From Methanobacteriota archaeon (GTDB lineage Archaea; Halobacteriota; Methanosarcinia; Methanosarcinales; Methanogasteraceae), in NCBI GenBank assembly GCA_034717055.1, contig JAYELB010000185.1, forward strand, positions 1-30,094: 30,094 nt of DNA. Direction: 5' to 3'. Positions 16,910 through 25,865 of this stretch are shown here, one piece after another. The translations under genes were made by a program, and so were the position numbers. The notes beneath the pieces were generated by a model, which saw only the letters and a program-made list of their open reading frames with translations, did not search any database and was not told where the DNA came from. Position 1 is the first letter of the stretch. Every line of letters starts with the position of its first letter.

Positions 16910-16945
16910 GTACTCCATCTCAGTTAGTGCTATCTCGGCCATCAT
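16322..16945 (-). CDS. cheC: CheY-P phosphatase CheC, copy 1
   Basis: Same motifs as copy 2. GAGGTG RBS before ATG 16945/16942. Confidence 0.92.
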   Translation of the reverse strand: MMAEIALTEMEYDALKELGNIGTGHATTALAEMTGVRIGISVPNIDIVPINRIIGRIVDEDELVAGLFFELSGGTTGFMQILFKEASALALTDLLMGREIGSGTTLSGMDESALKEVGNILASAFSDAWAKLLGIILLPSPPAFAFDTAGAVTNHLLTTIGTTVDNAIVFETSFEGESGIFSGYFLLLPHLESLNNMLALLGGQIAE

Positions 16946-16952
16946 ATTCACC

Positions 16953-18842
16953 TCAATCCACAGCAAGTGTGGTTGTATCCAGTATTGGAATCACCCGCCC
17001 ATCCCCGAGAATGGTGGTGCCACTAAACCCCCTGTTCCCTTCCAGCAATTTCCCAAGAGGTTTGATTACAATCTCCTCCTGATCAAGGATAGAATCTATG
17101 ACCAGTCCGATATTTCCATCACTCTTCTCTATCACAACGACAACGCGACTCTCTGTGGTCACATCTGCCGCTATTCCAAATAAGTGGCGTAACGTCACGA
17201 GCGGGAGCACCTTTCCTCGCAGATTGATGACCTCGGTCCCGCGTAACGTCTTTATATCTGCGGTGTTGATCTTTAATATCTCCAGAACGCCTGATAGGGG
17301 TATCGCATAAGTCATATCCCCCACATCGGCAAGCAGAGCCTGAATGATCGCCATTGTGATGGGAAGTCTCAGTCTCGTTTTGGATCCCGTCCCAATCTGC
17401 GACTGTATCTCAACGGTACCGCCAAGGGATTCGACCTTGCTCTTCACAACATCCATCCCAACCCCCCTACCAGATACATCAGTGGTAACCTCAGCAGTGC
17501 TGAAACCAGGATTGAAGATCAGCAGCAATGCGTCCGTATCGCTCAGTTCCGAGGCTCTCTCTTCCGAGATGAATCCCTTTTTGACAGCGATATTCCTTAC
17601 CTCTTCCGGATCTATCCCCTTGCCATCATCCTCGACCTTTATTGTGACATAACCCCTCTCCCGCTCTGCAATTAGTTTGATCGCCCCTGTTTTATCCTTG
17701 CCTTTACTCACCCGGTCATCGGGCGATTCGATACCGTGATCCACTGCATTCCTGAGCAGGTGGAGCAGAGGATCACCGATCTCATCCAGCACTGTTCGAT
17801 CAAGCTCGATCTCGCTACCTTCGATGATAAAGTCGATCTCTTTCTTCTGCGTCTTGCCAAGGTCTCTGACCAGCCTTGGAAATCTGTTGAAGATGTGATC
17901 GACAGGGATCATCCTCATCTGTGTGATCTCGTCCTGCAGGTCGGTTATTATCCTATCAACCCTGGCTAACGTCTCGGTCAATTCCCTCAGTTGATATTTG
18001 TCCCCGATCCGGATCAATCTGCTCCTGTTGATCACCAGCTCCCCGACCAGATTCATCACGACATCCAGACGTTCGACACCTATACGAACGCTTGAAGCGC
18101 TTCTCACTGTGGTCTTGCCTGGTGCTTCTTCCTTGATCGATTCCTCCTCTTTCATACTTGTTGTTAGCTCAACATGCGCTATATCGCCGACAGACTCAAC
18201 CGCCTCTTTAAGCGTGTCATAATCCTCACCGCTCTCTATGAAGACTGTTAATTCCGGACCAAACTTCTCATCTTCGATCTCCTGCAGATCAGGGATTGTT
18301 CTGATGATTTTTCCCAGTCCGGATAGGGTTCTGATCACTAAAAATCCTCTGGCACCTTTGAATTGGCAGTCCTCACTTATAGAGATGTTTATCTCACGGA
18401 TATCCTCCATGGTATCGGCTTCGGATTCCACAGTCTCCCCGCCACCTCCGGTTTCCTCACTCTCCTTAAATCTCTTCAGTCGCTCAAGTAGCGAAGAGGT
18501 GTCGATCTCCGCATCTCCGCCCCGATCGATGTCATCAACCATCGCTTCCAGTACATCAAAGCAGTTTAGCAGCACATCGACGGTCCCGGATGTTACAACA
18601 AGTTCGTGGTTACGCAGCTTGTCCAGTATATCCTCCATCATATGACAGAGTTCTGCCATTGTATTGAATTCCATCGTGGCAGACATGCCCTTAAGAGTAT
18701 GTGCAGCACGGAATATCTCGTGTAACAGTGCCGGATCAGGGCTATGTTCCATGTCCAGCAACGATTTGTTCAGGGTCTGCAGATACTCTCGCGACTCCTC
18801 CACGAAGACATTCCTATATTCTGATGTGTACATATCACTCAC
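16953..18842 (-). CDS. cheA: Chemotaxis histidine kinase
   Basis: P1 EIFRAAHTLKGMS, a P2 domain, LMNLVGELVINR-type dimerisation region, HLLRNAVDHGIE, DDGKGID, GFSTA, SGRGVGMDVV and a CheW-like C-terminus. Confidence 0.97.
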   Translation of the reverse strand: MSDMYTSEYRNVFVEESREYLQTLNKSLLDMEHSPDPALLHEIFRAAHTLKGMSATMEFNTMAELCHMMEDILDKLRNHELVVTSGTVDVLLNCFDVLEAMVDDIDRGGDAEIDTSSLLERLKRFKESEETGGGGETVESEADTMEDIREINISISEDCQFKGARGFLVIRTLSGLGKIIRTIPDLQEIEDEKFGPELTVFIESGEDYDTLKEAVESVGDIAHVELTTSMKEEESIKEEAPGKTTVRSASSVRIGVERLDVVMNLVGELVINRSRLIRIGDKYQLRELTETLARVDRIITDLQDEITQMRMIPVDHIFNRFPRLVRDLGKTQKKEIDFIIEGSEIELDRTVLDEIGDPLLHLLRNAVDHGIESPDDRVSKGKDKTGAIKLIAERERGYVTIKVEDDGKGIDPEEVRNIAVKKGFISEERASELSDTDALLLIFNPGFSTAEVTTDVSGRGVGMDVVKSKVESLGGTVEIQSQIGTGSKTRLRLPITMAIIQALLADVGDMTYAIPLSGVLEILKINTADIKTLRGTEVINLRGKVLPLVTLRHLFGIAADVTTESRVVVVIEKSDGNIGLVIDSILDQEEIVIKPLGKLLEGNRGFSGTTILGDGRVIPILDTTTLAVD

Positions 18843-19867
18843 CCAAGCATACTTCCAATCTCTTCAGGTATCTTATGAAGTGGAGCGATCCGATCCACGC
18901 ATCCGAGATCGATTGCAGCTTTTGGCATGCCAAAGATGAGACTTGTCTCCTCATCGCTTACAATCGTCTTTCCACCATGTTCCTTGATCGCTTCCATCCC
19001 ACATGCGCCATCAGACCCCATCCCGGTCAGGATCACCCCGAGTGTCCGGGAACCGTAGCTCGCTGCAACCGACTGGAGCATTATATCAGCAGCCGGTCGT
19101 ACAGCATGTACCGGAGGGTCTTGATTCAGATCCACCACTCTCTCTCCATTCTCTGCCCGTTTCACAACCATGTGGTAATCGCCGGGCGCGATGAGTGCCT
19201 GCCCATCCTCTATCTTATCTCCAACCTCTGCTTCCTTGACACGTATCGCACAGGATCGGTCCAGCCGTTCCGCCAGTGATTTTGTGAACCACGGCGGCAT
19301 GTGCTGGACGATGAGTATACCTGCCGGAATATCTCCGGGAAACTGTGGTAAGAGTTCTGATAGGGCTCTTGGACCGCCTGTGGACGTACCTATCGCGATG
19401 ACATGCTTACCCGTCACTCGTCTGAACGAAGCCCTCGCCCGGTGTAACCGGGGTGCGAGATGCCTTTCTGGCTTAGCCAGTGATGCTGCCTTGATCTTGG
19501 ATATGAGCAGATCTTTCACCTTGTCTATATCCAGCGAGAGAGAACCCGACGGTTTCGGAACAAAGTCCACTGCGCCGTGATGCAAGGCTTCGAGTGTCGC
19601 ATCAGCGCCTTCCTGTGTCAATGCACTCAGCATCACGACAGGGGTGGGGTTCTCCTTCATTATGGCTTTGAGCGCTTCCAGCCCATCCATGCGAGGCATC
19701 TCCACGTCCAGTGTGATCACATCCGGATGGTGCAGTCTCGCCTGTGCTACCGCATCCGTCCCATCCTTTGCTGTTGCAATCACGTCGATATGGGAATCCG
19801 AAACCAGCATATCCGAGATCAAAGTGCGCATAAACTTCGAATCATCGACTACAAGTGTTCGTATCAT
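18839..19867 (-). CDS. cheB: Chemotaxis response regulator methylesterase
   Basis: Receiver domain (VVDDS, TLDVEMP) plus GTSTGGP, QHMP and LTGMGSDG motifs. Confidence 0.97.
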   Translation of the reverse strand: MIRTLVVDDSKFMRTLISDMLVSDSHIDVIATAKDGTDAVAQARLHHPDVITLDVEMPRMDGLEALKAIMKENPTPVVMLSALTQEGADATLEALHHGAVDFVPKPSGSLSLDIDKVKDLLISKIKAASLAKPERHLAPRLHRARASFRRVTGKHVIAIGTSTGGPRALSELLPQFPGDIPAGILIVQHMPPWFTKSLAERLDRSCAIRVKEAEVGDKIEDGQALIAPGDYHMVVKRAENGERVVDLNQDPPVHAVRPAADIMLQSVAASYGSRTLGVILTGMGSDGACGMEAIKEHGGKTIVSDEETSLIFGMPKAAIDLGCVDRIAPLHKIPEEIGSMLG

Positions 19868-19874
19868 CGTTTCC

Positions 19875-20237
19875 TCAGTTAAGCACTTTGTTTATCTCTT
19901 CCAAGACCTTTGGTGCTTGAAACGGCTTTATGATGTAACCGCTGGCGCCTGCTTTCATCGCATCCATGACCATAGACTGCTGCCCGACAGCAGTGCACAT
20001 TATAATCTTTGCACCCGGATCAAGCATCATTATGTTCTTTGTCGCCTCAACACCGTCCTTATCAGGCATTACGATATCCATCGTCACCAATTCAGGCTTT
20101 AGCTGCGCATACTGCTCTACCGCATCATTTCCATCACATGCTTCGCCCGCGACAAAGTACCCATTCGACGTTATGATCTTCTTTAGAAGCATTCTCATGA
20201 ATGCCGCATCATCGACGATCAATACTCCCTTTCCCAT
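19875..20237 (-). CDS. cheY: Chemotaxis response regulator
   Basis: 120-aa stand-alone receiver domain: LIVDDAAFMR, VTMDIVMP, GYIIKPF. Confidence 0.95.
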   Translation of the reverse strand: MGKGVLIVDDAAFMRMLLKKIITSNGYFVAGEACDGNDAVEQYAQLKPELVTMDIVMPDKDGVEATKNIMMLDPGAKIIMCTAVGQQSMVMDAMKAGASGYIIKPFQAPKVLEEINKVLN

Positions 20238-20272
20238 TCTAATCTCCTCCTTTCAGTGTGTTCTACATTCGT

Positions 20273-21139
20273 TCAACCACCGAATCTTCCGTCCTTGGAT
20301 AGATCGGTTACGTACTTCATTCCTTCTGTCGTCAGCTCCAGCTCTCTTCGCACACGTACGACCTTTGCCAGTTTCGATTGTATCAGATGGTCGAAGTATC
20401 CATCCAGTTCATCCGCCCCGCACTCAAGCATGTCCTCCATTATGGTCGAATCGACACCGCCCGTATACAGGAGCATCACGATCTGGTCTTCCATATCTGA
20501 CAGATTCTTCTCTGTTTCGTACTTGGTAAGTATAGTAGAGAGGTATCCGGTCACCATATCCATCGTATCCGCAGGACATGCAATCAAGCTTGATAATGCC
20601 TCACCTGCATCGTAATGGTTGATGGATACGGCACTATCGTTTTCGCTCAATTTAATCTCCTTGCGTTCGAGGGATATGATCTTTTCAAAGGGGATGCGCG
20701 TGTGGCTATCCCTACCCACGAGCCAGACCGATTTGCCTGCTATCGCAAGCAATCCCTTAGTCCACATCTTCTCTGTGAGTAGTACCCCCCCTTTGCTTGC
20801 TGGTGAGATGTAATACATCTTGAACCAATCCGGTCGAGGGGCTCTGACGATACTCATCTCAACCATATCCAGCACATTTGCCGGAGCTGCAATCTTACTC
20901 ATCACTACCACATTCCCTTCGTAGTGGTCGATTTGCAAGATCCCTTTCTTGCGTTCAATGTCCGATATGGCCCTCATGGGGATGTGTATGTTGTTCTGTC
21001 CGCGGACCAGCCACAGATTCATGTTTGTCAGCACAAGCGTGCCAGTCACCCATCTCCGGCCCTTGTACATCGCACCGCCGCTTCCGGCAGGTGAGATGAA
21101 ACGCACACCAAGATTGGCTATATTCCTTTCTTCCATCAT
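20273..21139 (-). CDS. cheF: Archaeal taxis adaptor CheF (DUF439 family)
   Basis: Two repeated W..G.L.L......WL beta-rich modules, YYISPASKGGV, and a C-terminal winged-helix-like VRVRRELELTTEG. Positioned between cheW and cheY. Confidence 0.85.
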   Translation of the reverse strand: MMEERNIANLGVRFISPAGSGGAMYKGRRWVTGTLVLTNMNLWLVRGQNNIHIPMRAISDIERKKGILQIDHYEGNVVVMSKIAAPANVLDMVEMSIVRAPRPDWFKMYYISPASKGGVLLTEKMWTKGLLAIAGKSVWLVGRDSHTRIPFEKIISLERKEIKLSENDSAVSINHYDAGEALSSLIACPADTMDMVTGYLSTILTKYETEKNLSDMEDQIVMLLYTGGVDSTIMEDMLECGADELDGYFDHLIQSKLAKVVRVRRELELTTEGMKYVTDLSKDGRFGG

Positions 21140-21147
21140 ACACACCT

Positions 21148-21187
21148 CATGATAATTATCATGTATTATCTTACTTAAACCTTTCGG
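21148..21187 (-). promoter_or_regulatory. Internal promoter (BRE-TATA) for cheF and downstream genes, with a perfect 16-bp palindrome over the likely TSS
   Basis: Minus strand reads CCGAAAGG-TTTAAGTA (TATA ~21179-21172), then CATGATAATTATCATG (21148-21163), then the GAGGTG RBS. Confidence 0.65.
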
Positions 21188-21217
21188 ACTTATGCGCTCC
21201 TGATATCTCCTGTGATA

Positions 21218-21697
21218 TCACCCCATCCTGAGCATCTCTTCCTCAGTCAGTATCTTCCCGAGATCTATCAGGATTAAAAGGCGGTTCTCCAACTTACCAA
21301 CGCCTTTTAAGTAATGCGTATCGATCTTGCTTGCTATTATAGGTGGCACCGGTTCAATATCCTTCGTAGGCAGACGTATTACCTCTGATACCGAGTCAAC
21401 CATCATGCCAACGATATTGTCCTTCAGTTCCACGATGATGATACGCTCCTCCTGATCCCCGTCGGTGTGGTCAAGACCGAATCGCTTTTTAAGATCGACG
21501 ATAGTGGTGATCTGTCCCCTGAGATTGATCACACCCTTCACATAAGCAGATGCGTTTGGGATGTGCGCAATCTCTCCGGTCCTGATGATCTCACGCACCT
21601 GTGAGATATCCACACCGAACTCCTCCTCGCCAAGCTCAAATACAACCAGTTGTTGCTCCTGCTCTATTGCGTCATGACGTTTTGAGTCTTCTGTCAT
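21218..21697 (-). CDS. cheW: Chemotaxis coupling protein
   Basis: VVFELGEEEFGVDI..VREI, GVINLRGQITTIVDL and GMMVDSVSEV motifs. Confidence 0.96.
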   Translation of the reverse strand: MTEDSKRHDAIEQEQQLVVFELGEEEFGVDISQVREIIRTGEIAHIPNASAYVKGVINLRGQITTIVDLKKRFGLDHTDGDQEERIIIVELKDNIVGMMVDSVSEVIRLPTKDIEPVPPIIASKIDTHYLKGVGKLENRLLILIDLGKILTEEEMLRMG

Positions 21698-21698
21698 C

Positions 21699-23801
21699 TC
21701 AGAATTCTCCCTCTTTCACTTTGAACCTGTCCAGCAGTTCCATCGCAGCCTGTGCCTGCTCTGATAGATGCTGGGATCCGGCGCTTAACTCTTCGATAGC
21801 TGCCAGCTGCTCTTCGACAGCAGAGGACGTCTCTTCCGATGCGGATGCCGCTTCCTCGGATGTGCTTGCCATCTCGTCCGCACCCTTAGCCACTTTCCCG
21901 ATGCTTGCAGATCCCTGCTTTGATCCGGCAGCAACATCCTGTACCCTGCTAGTAATCTCGGCCATCATCTCCACAGCTTCTGCCGCGCCATCGGCAGCTT
22001 CTCTGACAGTTTCTGTCACTTCGACCGATTTATCTGCCATACCCTGAGAAGAGTTCACAACGTCCGCCATCTCCTTCTGTATATCCTTTGCAAGGATTGC
22101 GATATCGTCAGTCGACTTTCTCGACTCCTCGGCAAGCTTTCGAACCTCCTCGGCAACGACGGCAAATCCCCTACCATACTCTCCGGCACGGGCTGCTTCT
22201 ATCGCAGCATTCAACGCGAGCAGATTCGTCTGGTCTGCAATATCCTTTATCACATCAGTCACATCACCGATCTTCTGGACAGCATCATTCAGACCACCGA
22301 CCACTTGTGACGACTCAGTTATCGCATCCCGAATCTCATCCACGCTATTCCTCGCGCTTCCGGATACCTCGCCGACATGCTGCACCGTTTCAACGCCACG
22401 CTCCACAAGCTTGCTCGATTCTTCGATGGCCGAATCCATCTCCTGGAACATAGCCGCGGTATCTTTCAGCTCCTTGACAGCATTATTTACAACTTCAGTA
22501 AGATTCTGCGCTCCTTGCGCGATCTCCTGCGATGCTGAGCCTATCTGCTCCATGCCAGAGTTCATCTCCTCGGTGGATGCTGCTGATTCCTCTGATACGG
22601 CTGCCACCGCCTGGATTGCTTTCTGAAGACCTGATACCAAATCCGACAGATCCATGTTAGCCTGATCGAGATTATCCCTGATCGTGCTGAAGTCCCCTGG
22701 AGTCTCGGCTTCGAAGACCGCGGTCATATCCCCCTCTGCCATCATCCCGGTCACTCTACCGACGTCTTTGATGATCTCCTGTAGACCATCTCCGAACTTG
22801 TTTAAGGTTTCTGTCATCTCAAGAAGTTCGCCTGATGCTTTTGTTGCCTCTGCTCTGGTAGCAAGTTTTCCGCTTGCAAAATCATCGACGACCCGCACCA
22901 CCTCGCCAACAGGTCCTGTGATCGACCTGGTGACAAAAGTCGCAACCCCGATGCCCGCAACAATCGCCACAATGATAAATACTACCACATACATGGCAGC
23001 TCTATCTGCTGCCGCTGATGACGCCGCCTCTGCATTTGCAAGCAGTGTAGTTGCCGCGGCATCGACCGTGCGCCCTGACTGCACGAGCGGACCTTCTGTG
23101 GAAGTATGCTCGGTAAAGTCATGAACCGTGCCAACATAATCGGAAAACGACTTCTGATACGTATCTGCCGCATCTCTGATCGCACTCTTCTCAGATCCTG
23201 TGATCTCTGCTGCATTGGCGTCTGCCTTCAGCCGGTTCACCTCTGCGGATACATCTGCCGCGTATCTGTCATCCTCCCTTGCTACGAAATTCTTCTCAGC
23301 CCGCCTGGCTGCCAGCAACTGGATGATCATTTCATCCTCGGTCGCCTGATCGGCTGAACTGCCCTTTATCGCAGTCTCTATATCCCGTGCATCATCTTCG
23401 CAGACCGATAGCTGCCTCGCTTTGGTATCCGTAAGCGTTTGAAGATCAGCAAAAGCCCGCTCATACGTAGGGATTGTTCTCTTCGCATCCGCTATTGCGG
23501 CTTTGTTCGCAGCGATTGTCACCATCGGCTCAAGCTCGGCTATCAGACGCTTCACCTTCGTCACTGCTTCATTGGTCTCATCGATGCTTGTCTGGTCGCC
23601 TCGCAGTATGTAGTTCTTCTCCTGCTGCCTGACATCCTTCATCGCCGCCTTTAAGTCTGCCGATTTTCCCATCACCTCGCTCTGATCCTGCATGGTGCCT
23701 ATCTGAAGATACGAAACGATCCCCAGTGCTGCCGTCAGTATCAGCACAACGCCGAACCCGGCAAAGAGTTTCGGTCCGATCTTCATGTTTCCCAATTTCA
23801 T
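21699..23801 (-). CDS. Methyl-accepting chemotaxis protein (TM1, helical extracellular sensor, TM2, HAMP, signalling domain)
   Basis: [40 protein letters not shown] hairpin tip, two TM segments, and a HAMP region after RSITGPV. Confidence 0.97.
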   Translation of the reverse strand: MKLGNMKIGPKLFAGFGVVLILTAALGIVSYLQIGTMQDQSEVMGKSADLKAAMKDVRQQEKNYILRGDQTSIDETNEAVTKVKRLIAELEPMVTIAANKAAIADAKRTIPTYERAFADLQTLTDTKARQLSVCEDDARDIETAIKGSSADQATEDEMIIQLLAARRAEKNFVAREDDRYAADVSAEVNRLKADANAAEITGSEKSAIRDAADTYQKSFSDYVGTVHDFTEHTSTEGPLVQSGRTVDAAATTLLANAEAASSAAADRAAMYVVVFIIVAIVAGIGVATFVTRSITGPVGEVVRVVDDFASGKLATRAEATKASGELLEMTETLNKFGDGLQEIIKDVGRVTGMMAEGDMTAVFEAETPGDFSTIRDNLDQANMDLSDLVSGLQKAIQAVAAVSEESAASTEEMNSGMEQIGSASQEIAQGAQNLTEVVNNAVKELKDTAAMFQEMDSAIEESSKLVERGVETVQHVGEVSGSARNSVDEIRDAITESSQVVGGLNDAVQKIGDVTDVIKDIADQTNLLALNAAIEAARAGEYGRGFAVVAEEVRKLAEESRKSTDDIAILAKDIQKEMADVVNSSQGMADKSVEVTETVREAADGAAEAVEMMAEITSRVQDVAAGSKQGSASIGKVAKGADEMASTSEEAASASEETSSAVEEQLAAIEELSAGSQHLSEQAQAAMELLDRFKVKEGEF

Positions 23802-23894
23802 CTCTTCTAATCCCTCCTTGGTTTGTTCTGTTTGTTGTTTATTACCGGACGTACCGGTGCTGATGCCCCGATACTACCGCGATAATTTTAAATG

Positions 23895-23916
23895 ATTCTA
23901 TATTTATATTTTAGAG
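23895..23916 (-). promoter_or_regulatory. Probable TATA box upstream of the MCP
   Basis: Minus strand CTCTAAAA-TATAAATA (TATA 23908-23901), about 100 nt upstream of ATG 23801, in an AT-rich gap. Confidence 0.5.
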
Positions 23917-24375
23917 TCATTTTTTACCCCTCTTAAGCTCCGCCACAGTACGTCTCAGCTCAGCTACCAGCTCGTCCACCGAAGTCGCCTCGAGATACTC
24001 CAGTATCTCATGATCTTCGGAATCATCAAGCTCATCGTCCATCTTTAGCTCTGTTAACAGCGTATCCTCTGTGGTGTCTACCCCGCCTTGCCCGAATGCC
24101 TGCAGATCGGTCTTATCATCATCCTGCTGAATCCATTCATCAGACTCTTCGCCTTCTTCGCCTTTAGCGGAATCGGAGGAGTCGTCTTCAAAGGATGGCT
24201 CCTCATTATCCGCGTCATCTATCGTCTGCACCCATCCACCAGCAGATTCTGACGCCAACCCTTCATCAGGCTCCTCTTCATCAGATAATAGGTCTTCGAT
24301 CTCCAGCTCAATTCCCATCTCATCTTCCCCTTTTATCTTCCGGATCAGTTTTTCAGTTATCTCGCCTATATTCAT
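23917..24375 (-). CDS. Highly acidic hypothetical protein (152 aa) between arlJ and the MCP
   Basis: GAGGTG RBS, 11 nt after the arlJ stop. D/E-rich core with basic amphipathic helices at both ends. Confidence 0.75.
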   Translation of the reverse strand: MNIGEITEKLIRKIKGEDEMGIELEIEDLLSDEEEPDEGLASESAGGWVQTIDDADNEEPSFEDDSSDSAKGEEGEESDEWIQQDDDKTDLQAFGQGGVDTTEDTLLTELKMDDELDDSEDHEILEYLEATSVDELVAELRRTVAELKRGKK

Positions 24376-24386
24376 ATCATCACCTC

Positions 24387-25865
24387 TTACACGTTAATCG
24401 CGAACATCGTAGATACAAGAACCGGTACGACCAGCATAACCAGACCCGATATAGCAGTTATCATCGCGCCATATAAGAATGCCTTATACTTTGAACCGCC
24501 ATCTGCCACCATCAATGCAGCGGTATCTGCAATCGTCAGTATCAAGACGGCTGCTATCGTAAACTGGTACAGGAATATAAGCTCGGCAGGACTTGTACTT
24601 CCAAAACTGCCAGCAAGCCCGGTCATACCAGTCATGCTCCCCTCCGCACCCTCAGCTAAGCCTGACGATTCGAACATCGCCGTAAGCGCCTCATTAAATG
24701 CGACTATGATCTCGATGATGAATATGAGAAGAGCTGACATTGCGAAGTGGAGCAGTATAACCAACCCTGCAAAGTTGGCACTGACCGGTTTTCGCTTCAT
24801 CCTTAAGAGAACGATTGCAAGGCTTGACGAAGAGACGATCCTTCCGATCTCCGCAGGATCTCCACCAAGCTTTATAGCATCGTTAAATATCCTCGTGCAT
24901 CGGTTCATCAGCTCGGATCCACTGTCCCTGATGAACCGATCCCAACAGAGACTCGGGCTGAGTTCAAGCGATAGGCTTTTATGTAGTGTATCGACCAGTG
25001 GTTCAAGGGATCCGACTGTTTCACGGTCTAAGTGGTTCATCGCAATATTCGGGTTGGTGCCCATCGTTCCTGCAAGTGAACCAAGCGTCTTTATAAACGC
25101 GGGAAAGTCAAAATCCCTGTCGGTTATCTTACCATCATCAATCACCGCCATAACCCCGATCGGAGCTATGAATGCTGCGGCAACGATCATAATATACCCA
25201 AGAGGTATCTGTAACAGAAGGAGCCCAAGTGTCACTATGAATCCGGCCGGAAGTAATGCCCTGAAGAGCAGTTTTATGATCTCTTGTTCTTTCGATCCGG
25301 TCTCAAGCGAATGCACTCTGAACTCGAATGGAGCCGCATCGCGTATGGTAAACACTCCTATCCCACAGATGACTACCATCACCAGGGAGATCACGAACGC
25401 AGTCTGGTGTATATCCCCAAGCGGGTACAGCATTGTTGATAGCAGTATAACCATCACAATGAGCGTTGTTGAGATGAGGAGCGCGGTATACCCATCCGTC
25501 CATTTCTTAAGTGCCTCGATGCTTCTTTCATAGTTATTAGAGTAGATACTTTCCGTCGTACTCATCTCATTCTTCAGAAACTCCTTTTCAGGCTCTCCTG
25601 ACGACATGGCGCTTGCCATTCTCCCGAAAAATTCCTTTAAGACCGCAAATTTTGCCTTTTTTGAGATGAATTTGCACGCCTTTGAATATGCATAGCTCCA
25701 CTTTGCAGCAAGCGTATATACCCGCTTGAAATATATCGACAGTTCATATTTCTGCTCGGATGTATGTTTGAATAGCTCATTCCTATCGATGTCTGCTGTG
25801 GCAATCGATGCCATATACGTGAGCAGGAAGAGCAGATCATCAGCAACCCTCTTCTCCACACTCAT
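24387..25865 (-). CDS. flaJ: Archaellum membrane platform protein ArlJ (FlaJ)
   Basis: DLLFLLTYMAS, FF.RMA.A..SGE, FPAFI.TLG and many TM segments. ATGA overlap with flaI. Confidence 0.92.
   Translation of the reverse strand: MSVEKRVADDLLFLLTYMASIATADIDRNELFKHTSEQKYELSIYFKRVYTLAAKWSYAYSKACKFISKKAKFAVLKEFFGRMASAMSSGEPEKEFLKNEMSTTESIYSNNYERSIEALKKWTDGYTALLISTTLIVMVILLSTMLYPLGDIHQTAFVISLVMVVICGIGVFTIRDAAPFEFRVHSLETGSKEQEIIKLLFRALLPAGFIVTLGLLLLQIPLGYIMIVAAAFIAPIGVMAVIDDGKITDRDFDFPAFIKTLGSLAGTMGTNPNIAMNHLDRETVGSLEPLVDTLHKSLSLELSPSLCWDRFIRDSGSELMNRCTRIFNDAIKLGGDPAEIGRIVSSSSLAIVLLRMKRKPVSANFAGLVILLHFAMSALLIFIIEIIVAFNEALTAMFESSGLAEGAEGSMTGMTGLAGSFGSTSPAELIFLYQFTIAAVLILTIADTAALMVADGGSKYKAFLYGAMITAISGLVMLVVPVLVSTMFAINV

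Noticed and set aside
21699-21716. MCP C-terminal KEGEF as a CheR/CheB-tethering pentapeptide
   Set aside because: Lacks the aromatic residue at position 2 of the NWETF-type consensus.
24634-25533. Long antisense ORFs (299 aa opposite flaJ; also 11085-11681, 18701-19279, 19966-20529, 7406-7960, 4331-4810)
   Set aside because: Shadow frames of well-supported genes on the other strand, with no motifs.
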